Assembly (NCBI GenBank): GCA_964022245.1
Contig: CAXICH010000001.1
Coordinates: 1-36,177 of the forward strand
Source: an uncultured Alphaproteobacteria bacterium
Lineage (GTDB): Bacteria > Pseudomonadota > Alphaproteobacteria > Caulobacterales > Caulobacteraceae
Direction of reading: 5' to 3'
DNA length: 36,177 nt
A program made the position numbers and the translations under genes. Below the pieces are notes generated by a model. The model searched no databases, had not been told where the DNA came from, and saw only the letters and a list, made by a program, of their open reading frames with translations. Shown here in pieces: positions 28,811-36,177 of the stretch (its first letter is position 1; every line of letters starts with the position of its first letter).

Positions 28811-30045
28811 CCGCCCTCTCCGAGAGTTTTGAATGTCGGCCTCTTGCACATTAAGCCAGTCATGAACCAAAACACCGGCCAAGTCATGAAGGTGTAGGCC
28901 ATTCCCAGCACCAACACCCCACTCATTAGCAGAAACAGGTGAAGATCAAGCGAGCCAAGCCGACGCCAAGGCAGTCGTCGCAGATAGATTAGCCCGATAA
29001 GGGCTGCCACCACCCCGGTCCCGATCAAGCCACTGTGGGTCAGAAACGAAAATAAGGTATGCGGATAATTGCCGGATCCCGCTCCACTCACTAGCTCCGC
29101 AGAAAAATGTCCGAAAACGGGCGATACCGCAAACTGACTTCCGAAGCTGGACAAAATCTCCAATCGCGCATTGATTGACGACAGCCCTTCTCCGGAAACA
29201 AGACCAACAAAGCGCGTCCCTTCTATTGTCTGGATGAAATAATCACTTGAGAAATACAGACCCAGGGCCGTCGCCGCCAATATTACTAACGTGTATTTAT
29301 ATATTCGACTTAACTTCGAAATAACGCTCCAAAAATAGATGGACAAAGCAATAGACCAGAATGCGACGATTGACGTTGACTGCATTCGGGCAACTGCGGC
29401 TACAGCTAGTGTTCCAGAAACAATCAGCGAGAGAGCCACGGTCACGGGGACCCCCCCACGCCACAATGATTTTGTAAGCATCATAGATACTATAACTATT
29501 ACTATCAGGTTATCGGAAGCCGATTGATAGGAAAGTGTCGGAAGCGGGTCGTTTAGATAAATAACTGAAAGTGCGGATAAAGCGGTAATTACCACAACTC
29601 CCAGAACAATGGACAAGCGTCGTAGCGTAATAACGTGTCGTGACGAGGATGCCATTTCTATGTAACTGATAGCGGATGCAGCCCCGATGCCGATAATGAA
29701 CCAGTTGAGAATGCCGTACCTGGGGGCTAAGAGTGAAGTAAGGGAGGGGTCAAAAGATGTTCGCAAAGCCGTAATTGCGATGTAGGATATCAAGAAACAT
29801 GCGATTAGGGCTGCATCGACCATCAACCGCCCTCTAATAATAGAATAGAATATAAGAACAGACCCCAGCGCATAGCACAGGGTAAATCCGACCAGCTCCA
29901 AGCCGGTTGCTGTCGATCCAAAGGCATCGATAGATAAGAGTCGCAGAGACAGAAACAGCAAGGCAGCGAAATACAAGAGCGAAATTATTCCGTATAAAGC
30001 AGGACTATTCCCCCTATAGTCGACAGTGTATCGAGCAATTGCCAT
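28807..30045 (-). CDS. wzy: Probable O-antigen polymerase (Wzy/Wzy_C-like)
   Basis: About 11 TM segments, loop SINARLEI..SPVFGH..YPHTL..GLIG, very low GC, position near wzx. Confidence 0.75.
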   Translation of the reverse strand: MAIARYTVDYRGNSPALYGIISLLYFAALLFLSLRLLSIDAFGSTATGLELVGFTLCYALGSVLIFYSIIRGRLMVDAALIACFLISYIAITALRTSFDPSLTSLLAPRYGILNWFIIGIGAASAISYIEMASSSRHVITLRRLSIVLGVVVITALSALSVIYLNDPLPTLSYQSASDNLIVIVIVSMMLTKSLWRGGVPVTVALSLIVSGTLAVAAVARMQSTSIVAFWSIALSIYFWSVISKLSRIYKYTLVILAATALGLYFSSDYFIQTIEGTRFVGLVSGEGLSSINARLEILSSFGSQFAVSPVFGHFSAELVSGAGSGNYPHTLFSFLTHSGLIGTGVVAALIGLIYLRRLPWRRLGSLDLHLFLLMSGVLVLGMAYTFMTWPVFWFMTGLMCKRPTFKTLGEGG

Positions 30046-30179
30046 CTAGATTTTCTTCAATGATCCATGGGCTAGCCGCGACGCTTGATCACGGTAGTTG
30101 TATGGCTTGCGAAATATAGCGTACCAGACGATCAGGCGCGAGACGACGCCCCATCGACCCATATGGCGCCCCTTGCCGA

Positions 30180-31520
30180 TCATGCTTTGACCACCTTGGG
30201 GTGCACCTCTCGGTACTTGCCGCGCGTGTCCACGATCATGTCGGCATGCGCGAGGATGGCGTCGTAATCAAAGTCCGAATGGTCTGTGAGCAGAACGACG
30301 GCGTCATAGCTGGCCACGGCCGCAGGTGTCAGCTCGACAGACGACAGGTCGAAGCTGTGCTCCCGCATCTTCGGGAACACAGGCACATTCGGATCCGAAT
30401 ATTCCACGACAGCTCCACGGTCGCGCAGGTGCTCCATCACAAAGACGGCCGGCGACTCGCGCATGTCGTCGACGTCACGCTTATAAGCGATGCCCAACGC
30501 GAGGATGCGGCTCCCTTTCAGCGACTTCTGACGCTCGTTCAGCGCCTCGACAACCTTTCCCACGACCCATTCCGGCATGTCGCGATTCACTTCGCCGGCC
30601 AGTTCGATGAAGTGGGTCGACAGACCGTACTCCTTGGCCTTCCAAGTCAGGTAGAAGGGGTCGATCGGGATGCAGTGCCCGCCGAGGCCGGGCCCGGGAT
30701 AGTAGGCGGTGAAGCCGAACGGCTTGGTCTTGGCCGCATCGATAACCTCGAAGATGTCGATGTTCATCTTGTCGGCGATGATCTTCATCTCATTGACCAG
30801 GCCGATATTGACCGCGCGATGGATGTTCTCGAGCAGCTTGGTCAGTTCAGCGGCCTGGGTCGACGACACCGGCACTACCTTGTCCACTGCAACGCTGTAG
30901 AGACGCTCGCCTGCGACACGGCAGGCCGCTGTGGCGCCACCCACGACCTTCGGGATCGAATGGGTGGTAAAGTCGGGGTTGCCCGGATCTTCCCGCTCTG
31001 GAGAGTAGACGAGGAAAAAATCCTTCCCGATCTCGAACCCACGCCCCTCGATGGAGGGGCGCAGAATTTCCTCGGTCGTGCCGGGCCAGGTCGTGCTTTC
31101 GAGCGACAGAAGCTGGCCCGCGCGCAGGTGAGGGGTAATCGCCTTCATTGTCTCGACGATGTAAGACAGGTCCGGCTCCCGATGCCGGCTCAACGGGGTC
31201 GGCACGCAGATGATAATGGCCTCAACCTCGCCGATGCGCGAGAAATTCGCTGTGGCCTCGAACGCGCCGGCGGCCATCGCGGCAATGTCTGCCCCCGGAA
31301 TATGCTTGATGGGGCTCTCGCCGGCATTCAGGCCCGCAATGCGCTGTTCATCGATGTCGAAGCCGAGGACAGGATAGCCCACCTGATAAAAGCGCAGCGC
31401 TAGGGGAATTCCCACATAGCCGAGACCGAGGATACCGATCTTGGCCTTTCGCCCGTCGACCAGGGAGACGAAATCCGCAAGGGTCGGAGAGGTTGACGTC
31501 GGGTTTGATTGCTCGTTCAC
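30180..31520 (-). CDS. UDP-N-acetylglucosamine 6-dehydrogenase (WbpA-like)
   Basis: [52 protein letters not shown]. Confidence 0.92.
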   Translation of the reverse strand: MNEQSNPTSTSPTLADFVSLVDGRKAKIGILGLGYVGIPLALRFYQVGYPVLGFDIDEQRIAGLNAGESPIKHIPGADIAAMAAGAFEATANFSRIGEVEAIIICVPTPLSRHREPDLSYIVETMKAITPHLRAGQLLSLESTTWPGTTEEILRPSIEGRGFEIGKDFFLVYSPEREDPGNPDFTTHSIPKVVGGATAACRVAGERLYSVAVDKVVPVSSTQAAELTKLLENIHRAVNIGLVNEMKIIADKMNIDIFEVIDAAKTKPFGFTAYYPGPGLGGHCIPIDPFYLTWKAKEYGLSTHFIELAGEVNRDMPEWVVGKVVEALNERQKSLKGSRILALGIAYKRDVDDMRESPAVFVMEHLRDRGAVVEYSDPNVPVFPKMREHSFDLSSVELTPAAVASYDAVVLLTDHSDFDYDAILAHADMIVDTRGKYREVHPKVVKA

Positions 31521-31529
31521 GGGTGATGC

Positions 31530-32660
31530 TCAATCTTTGGAGGCAAGGGCGGAAATGAGGGCGGCCGAAACCTGATCCACTTCATCGTCGGACAGGTAGG
31601 GGTGCATGGGCAGGCTGAGCACCACTCGTGACAGTTGCTCGGCCACCGGCAGGGAGCCATCGCCAGCGCCGTATTCGAGATAGGCCGACTGGAGATGCAT
31701 CGGCCGAGGAGAGTAGGCGTTGGACGGAAGGCCGGGAGACTTGAGTCGGGCCTGGACGCCGTCTCGGTCGTCGACTTTCACGGTGTACTGGGCCCAGGCA
31801 AAGCGATCATCCCCTTCGGCGAGCTGCGGTGTGGCGACGTGGCCCTTCAGGCGCTCCGTATAGCGCTGCGCGACTGCGTGGCGCTTTTCGAGCTCGTCGC
31901 TGAAGGCCGCCAGTTTCGGGATGAGAATCGCGGCCTGAAGCGTATCGAGGCGGCTGTTCACACCGACCCGGACCACGTCGTATTTCTCCTGCCCCTTGCC
32001 GTGCAGACAGATGGAACGGATCACGTCCGCGATACGGTCGTCATCTGTGAAGACCGCGCCGCCGTCGCCGTAGCATCCGAGGGGCTTTGCGGGGAAGAAG
32101 CTGGTGGTGGTGATGTCGGCGATGCCGGAGCCGACCCGGCGACCCTTGAAACTGGCGCCGAAGCCCTGCGCCGCGTCCGAAATGAAAGCGAGACCCTGCC
32201 GGTTGGCCAGATCTCGTGCCCGATCATAGTCGACGGGAAGTCCGAACAGGTCGACGGTCATCAGTGCGGCAGGGCGGTACACGCCTTCCTTGCGCGTTCG
32301 CTCAATAGCCGCCTCGGCGCTGTCAAAGTCGATGTTGAAGGTGTCGGGGTCGGAATCCACAAAGACCGGCCGGGCACCCAGAAGCAGGATCACCTCCGCC
32401 GTTGCCGTGTAGGTGAAGCTGGGAACGAAGACCGCATCTCCGGCTCCTATTCCCAGCGCCATCAGCGCCAGCTGCAGAGCGTCGGTGCCGTTGGCACAGG
32501 TTACGACGCGCTTGGCCCCACTGAAGTCGGCCAGCGCGGCTTCGAGCTCCCGCACTTCGGGGCCCTGGATAAAGGCCTGCGCGTCGAGAACACCCTGGAT
32601 GCGGGCGTCGATCTCGGGCTTGAGCAGAGCGTACTGAGTCTTCAGATCAATGAACTGCAT
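31530..32660 (-). CDS. DegT-family 3-aminotransferase (WbpE/WlbC-like)
   Basis: MQFIDLKTQY, CANGTDAL, DAAQGFGA, SFFPAKPLGCYGDGG, NSRLDTLQAA, LSLPMHPYL. Confidence 0.9.
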   Translation of the reverse strand: MQFIDLKTQYALLKPEIDARIQGVLDAQAFIQGPEVRELEAALADFSGAKRVVTCANGTDALQLALMALGIGAGDAVFVPSFTYTATAEVILLLGARPVFVDSDPDTFNIDFDSAEAAIERTRKEGVYRPAALMTVDLFGLPVDYDRARDLANRQGLAFISDAAQGFGASFKGRRVGSGIADITTTSFFPAKPLGCYGDGGAVFTDDDRIADVIRSICLHGKGQEKYDVVRVGVNSRLDTLQAAILIPKLAAFSDELEKRHAVAQRYTERLKGHVATPQLAEGDDRFAWAQYTVKVDDRDGVQARLKSPGLPSNAYSPRPMHLQSAYLEYGAGDGSLPVAEQLSRVVLSLPMHPYLSDDEVDQVSAALISALASKD

Positions 32661-32672
32661 AGAAATTCCAGA

Positions 32673-33566
32673 TTAGCGAACAGAGCGGAGGTGGGTCAGG
32701 AAACGATCATGTGGAATGGCGAAATTGCCGCTGACGGTCGCGCCCGCAGGCACGTCGCGCGTGACGACGGCCCCGATGCTGACCTTGGCCTTCTCACCGA
32801 TGCGGGCACCGTTGATGATGACCGAGGACGGTCCGATATAGGCTTCGTCTCCGATCTCGACCCGGCCGAGGATATTGACGAGGGCGCAAATCTGGACGCG
32901 ACGCCCGATCTGAACGTCGTGGGCGATATAGACGAGGTTGTCGGCGACCGTTTCCTCGCCCAACGTCGTTTCACCACCGAACAGAGCGCGAGCGACGCAG
33001 ACGTTGGAAAGAAGTTCGACGTAAGACTTCAACCTCACGCCGCCCAGTTGCGGGATGATACGCTGGCGACCGCCGATAATGCCTGTGTTGAAGCCAGGAA
33101 CGCCGAGGCTGACCCCGGGATGAAGAACGCAGTCAGACTCTACCACGACGCCGGGAGCAATCGACACATGGGCACCGATCCGGACCCGCGCGCCGATCTC
33201 GACACCATGATCCGCGATCCGCGCGGAGGGGTCGATCATGGCAGAGGGATCGACCCGGTTGGGCCGACCGCGAAGCTCGGCTTCACGATGCGCCGACACA
33301 GCTGCGTGAAGCTCTGCATGCGTGGCGTCGGGGGCCTCAGCCACAGCCACAGCGAAGCGGACATCTAGAAGATCTGCTATCTCGGGCGTCGTAATAACGG
33401 CTGCCACCCGACGATTGGCGTTCACTTCATCGGCGAATTTCGCCGCGCGCAGGGGGACGCACAAACCGTCCAGGGGGGTCGACAGTTTGCCGGTCAGTTC
33501 AAACTGACCGTCACGAAGGACTGTGTACCCGGCCGTTTCGGCAAACTGCGAAAGGCGATGACTCAC
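32673..33566 (-). CDS. LpxD-like left-handed beta-helix N-acyltransferase
   Basis: About 100-aa N-terminal domain, hexapeptide repeats, LGVPGF, IPQLGGV and DNLVYIAHDVQIG (compare LpxD DNLVQIAHNV). Confidence 0.8.
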   Translation of the reverse strand: MSHRLSQFAETAGYTVLRDGQFELTGKLSTPLDGLCVPLRAAKFADEVNANRRVAAVITTPEIADLLDVRFAVAVAEAPDATHAELHAAVSAHREAELRGRPNRVDPSAMIDPSARIADHGVEIGARVRIGAHVSIAPGVVVESDCVLHPGVSLGVPGFNTGIIGGRQRIIPQLGGVRLKSYVELLSNVCVARALFGGETTLGEETVADNLVYIAHDVQIGRRVQICALVNILGRVEIGDEAYIGPSSVIINGARIGEKAKVSIGAVVTRDVPAGATVSGNFAIPHDRFLTHLRSVR

Positions 33567-34555
33567 GCAAGGCTCCCGGCGGCAGCATCGGCCTGACGCA
33601 GCAGGCGCAGCACTGGAATGGCCTCCTGCGGGCCAGTATGTGTCTCGTCCCGGCCCAGCGCCGCGTTCAGGAAGGTTCGCATTTCCATTTCCAGAGGCTC
33701 GTCCGCCGGCCAGTCGACCGGCTCACCTTCGCCTTTGACGAAACGCGCTACCGGCCCGGAGGCGTCCACATAGTCCCGATAGATGACAAGTTTGCGTTCA
33801 CGCCTCGGAGCTGTGTCTTCGAACACCAGCGCCCCTTCGGTGCCGAGCACGGTGAGCTTGTGCTCCTTGTAAGGCGATAGCCAGGAGACATTGACTTGGG
33901 CGGTCACGCCTTTGAGAAACCGTAGCTGCACAAAATACTGATCTGGCACAGCGGGGTCCACAACACGAACAGGCAACGCCCCCACATGTGTGGGCTCTTG
34001 ACCCGTAAGGCCGAGGATCATGGAAAAATCATGGGGCGCCATGCTCCACAGGGCATTCTCCTCGCTACGGATCGCCCCGGGATTGAGTCGATGCGAAGTT
34101 ATATGTCTCAGCTCACCGATCGCGCCTTCTTGGACCATGCGCTTCAAAGTGACGAAGGCCGGGTGGTATTGCAGCAGATGTCCGACCATCAGGGGCAGCT
34201 TCATCTCATTCGCCTTGGCCGCGAGCGCCTCGGCGTCCTCCAGCTCAAGGGCCAAGGGCTTTTCGACAAACACGGGCTTGCCCGCTTCGAGCGCACGCAT
34301 CGCTAGACGAGCATGGTCGACGGCAGGGGCCGCGATCGCTACGGCCTGAATATCCTTGGAGAAGGCGGCCTCGAGATCGTCGGTCACACGCACGCCCCCC
34401 AATTCGGAAGCATAGTCCGCCAACCGGTCAGCTGCCGGATCAATGATCACCTCAAGCGCACCGAGGCGAGCGAGGACGCGGGCAATATTGCGGCCCCAGC
34501 GCCCACACCCGATCAGTGCGGTCCGGGGCAAATCGGCAGCAGTCGCGGAAACCAT
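33563..34555 (-). CDS. Gfo/Idh/MocA oxidoreductase (WbpB/WlbA-like 3-dehydrogenase)
   Basis: IGCGRWG, GKPVFVEKP, MVGHLLQYHP, ENALWSMAPHD, VSWLSPYKE. Confidence 0.9.
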   Translation of the reverse strand: MVSATAADLPRTALIGCGRWGRNIARVLARLGALEVIIDPAADRLADYASELGGVRVTDDLEAAFSKDIQAVAIAAPAVDHARLAMRALEAGKPVFVEKPLALELEDAEALAAKANEMKLPLMVGHLLQYHPAFVTLKRMVQEGAIGELRHITSHRLNPGAIRSEENALWSMAPHDFSMILGLTGQEPTHVGALPVRVVDPAVPDQYFVQLRFLKGVTAQVNVSWLSPYKEHKLTVLGTEGALVFEDTAPRRERKLVIYRDYVDASGPVARFVKGEGEPVDWPADEPLEMEMRTFLNAALGRDETHTGPQEAIPVLRLLRQADAAAGSLA

Positions 34556-35562
34556 CAGTTTTCTTTCTTGTTTCTGTGAGTCTGGTACCAGTTCGCAAAG
34601 GCCGGAACGCCGTCACTTATCGGAGTGGAAGGTCTGTAGTCGATCAGGGCTTCAAGAAGATCCGCCGAGGCGAAGGTGTCTGGTACATCGCCATCCTGCA
34701 TCGGCAGGAATTCTTTTCTTGCCTCGAAGCCGAGTGCCTTTTCGAGCTCGGCAATGTACTCCATCAGTTGCGCAGGCTTGCCGCCACCGATGTTGACCAA
34801 GCGCCAAGGCGCGGCTGGCGACAGGGTGTCCCCCATGACCGGAGGCGCCGTTCCCGGGACGACATCAACCAGCCGCACAATCGCCTCGACCAGATCTTCG
34901 ACGAAGGTGAAGTCCCGGGTCATCTTGCCGTTTCCGAAGACCTGAATGGGCGTGCCATCCACCATCGCTCGAGCGAATTTCGAGAGGGCCAGATCCGGCC
35001 GCTCCCAAGGCCCGTAGACCGTGAAGAACCGGAAGAAGGTCGTGGGGATTTCGAACAGGTGCGAATAGCTGTGTCCCATCAGCTCATTTGCGGCCTTCGA
35101 AGCAGCGTAGAGCGTCAAAGGATGTACCGCCCGATCCGTCTCGTGGAATGGCATCGCCGTATTGGCGCCATAGGCCGAACTGGTGGATGCGCACAACAGG
35201 TGGCGGGGTTTCATCCGCCGTGCGCATTCCAGCACATTGAAGGTCCCGACGAGATTGGAGCCGATATAGGCGTCAGGGTGATCGATGCTATAGCGGACAC
35301 CCGCCTGGGCGGCGAGGTGAATAACAACTTCAGGCTTCGCTTCAGTCCAGACAGCCTCCAAGGCAGCCGTATCCTGCAAATCCAACCGGTGCAGTCGGAA
35401 CCCGTCAAAGCCTTCGAGAATCCGGTTGCGTTCTTCCTTCAGGGCTGGGTCGTAATACGGCGTGAAATTGTCGACGCCAGCCACCGCATGCCCGGCCTCC
35501 AGCAATCTTCGAGCCAGATGAAAGCCGATGAACCCCGCAGTGCCGGTGATCAGATACATCAT
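34555..35562 (-). CDS. NAD-dependent nucleotide-sugar (uronate) 4-epimerase, CapI/LspL-like
   Basis: TGTAGFIG, HLAAQAGVRYS, YAASK, RFFTVYGPW, RDFTFV, PMQDGDV. Confidence 0.9.
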   Translation of the reverse strand: MMYLITGTAGFIGFHLARRLLEAGHAVAGVDNFTPYYDPALKEERNRILEGFDGFRLHRLDLQDTAALEAVWTEAKPEVVIHLAAQAGVRYSIDHPDAYIGSNLVGTFNVLECARRMKPRHLLCASTSSAYGANTAMPFHETDRAVHPLTLYAASKAANELMGHSYSHLFEIPTTFFRFFTVYGPWERPDLALSKFARAMVDGTPIQVFGNGKMTRDFTFVEDLVEAIVRLVDVVPGTAPPVMGDTLSPAAPWRLVNIGGGKPAQLMEYIAELEKALGFEARKEFLPMQDGDVPDTFASADLLEALIDYRPSTPISDGVPAFANWYQTHRNKKEN

Positions 35563-36177
35563 TACAGGGCCCTTGCCTCACAGGGGGCGCGAACATCGAC
35601 AATCGCTTGAGAGAGCAACATCGTCACTTCATGCCCTGCATTCATGCGGGCCGCAGAGACCAGCGTCTGCAGGCGCGCCGCGTCAAGGCGACCGGCACCC
35701 GCCCGGCCCATGACCTCAAGAATGCCGTCGACGCAGGGACAAGGGTCCTCGCCCTCGTCAGAAAGGGTTTCGGCGATCTTCTCGCCCTGCTTCAGGCCCG
35801 TGTACTCGATCTTGATATCGACGTCCGGTACTTTACCGCTGAGCTCGATCATCTGGCGGGCCAGGTCGGCGATGCGGACGGGCTCGCCCATCTCCAGCAG
35901 GAATTTCGAAGGCCCCTCATCGGCGCGGGCCGCCTTCACCGCCGTGCTGTGTAGAACCAGCTGCACCGCCTCGGGAATGGTCATGAAATAGCGGTTCACA
36001 TCGGGATGGGTGACGGTCACCGGTCCGCCCCGGGCGATCTGGTCGCGGAAGATCGGCACCACCGAGCCGGCCGCGCCCAGCACCCTCCCGCCGCGCCCGG
36101 CCGCCCGGCGCGCGGCCCCCTCACGCGCCACCTCCCCCCCGGCCTCGCCGCTCCCCCTGGCGCCCCCCCCGCCACCC
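35562..36177 (-). CDS. C-terminal part of a PglF/WbpM/CapD-family UDP-GlcNAc 4,6-dehydratase; 5' end outside the window
   Basis: GSVVPIFRDQIARGGPVTVTHPD, RYFMTIPEAVQLV, LEMGEPVRIADLA, GLKQGEK. Sequence beyond about 36075 is degraded. Confidence 0.88.
   Translation of the reverse strand, partial: GGGGGARGSGEAGGEVAREGAARRAAGRGGRVLGAAGSVVPIFRDQIARGGPVTVTHPDVNRYFMTIPEAVQLVLHSTAVKAARADEGPSKFLLEMGEPVRIADLARQMIELSGKVPDVDIKIEYTGLKQGEKIAETLSDEGEDPCPCVDGILEVMGRAGAGRLDAARLQTLVSAARMNAGHEVTMLLSQAIVDVRAPCEARAL

Larger units (their letters stand above)
27105..30045. other. AT-rich core of the polysaccharide cluster
   Basis: Hand counts: 16/60 GC at 29281-29340, against 41/60 at 28561-28620 and visibly GC-rich flanks. 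Confidence 0.8.

Noticed and set aside
31705-31750. Atypical residues LKSPGLPSNAYSPRP in the WbpE-like protein
   Set aside because: The frame is intact and the region is variable; divergence cannot be separated from local base-call error.
859-33368. Long antisense or alternate-frame ORFs (e.g. 859-1848, 5522-7255, 14997-16658, 31635-33368)
   Set aside because: Shadows of real genes caused by high GC3; no recognisable motifs.
36075-36177. C-rich low-complexity tail (G-rich on the minus strand), potential G-quadruplex or repeat
   Set aside because: It overwrites the expected VRFGNVLGS motif with RGGRVLGA, consistent with base calls drifting to G at a read or contig end; likely an artefact.
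1-36177. CRISPR arrays, tRNA/rRNA genes, IS elements, prophage or defence genes
   Set aside because: None recognised; nearly all sequence is accounted for by metabolic and polysaccharide genes.

Overview
GC-rich alphaproteobacterial DNA; gene content and codon style suggest Caulobacteraceae such as Brevundimonas (inference). It has two modules joined tail-to-tail at about 18.73 kb. (1) 1-15.3 kb is a pectin/oligogalacturonate utilisation locus: a TonB-dependent receptor (truncated by the window and missed by the ORF track), two PL1-type pectate lyases (one broken by an in-frame TAG), kduD, an RpiB-fold DhuI-like isomerase instead of KduI, a LacI repressor, a FAH-superfamily hydratase, a TRAP transporter and kdgK. 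Four copies of a 14-bp TGACACCGGTGTCA-type palindrome sit in its three divergent promoter regions. acs, manC and a VanZ-family gene follow. (2) 18.7-36.2 kb is a minus-strand Wzx/Wzy polysaccharide (O-antigen or capsule) cluster with a di-N-acetylbacillosamine pathway, a WbpA/B/E-like 2,3-diamino-uronate pathway using an LpxD-like acyltransferase, and three glycosyltransferases. The most striking observation is a WbuX/WbpG-type sugar amidotransferase carrying its own N-terminal Ntn glutaminase domain, while the HisH/HisF-like (WbuY/WbuZ) partners survive only as a 115-codon fused relic. The last ~100 nt look like low-quality contig-end sequence. All family calls come from motif recognition by eye; no database searches were run.
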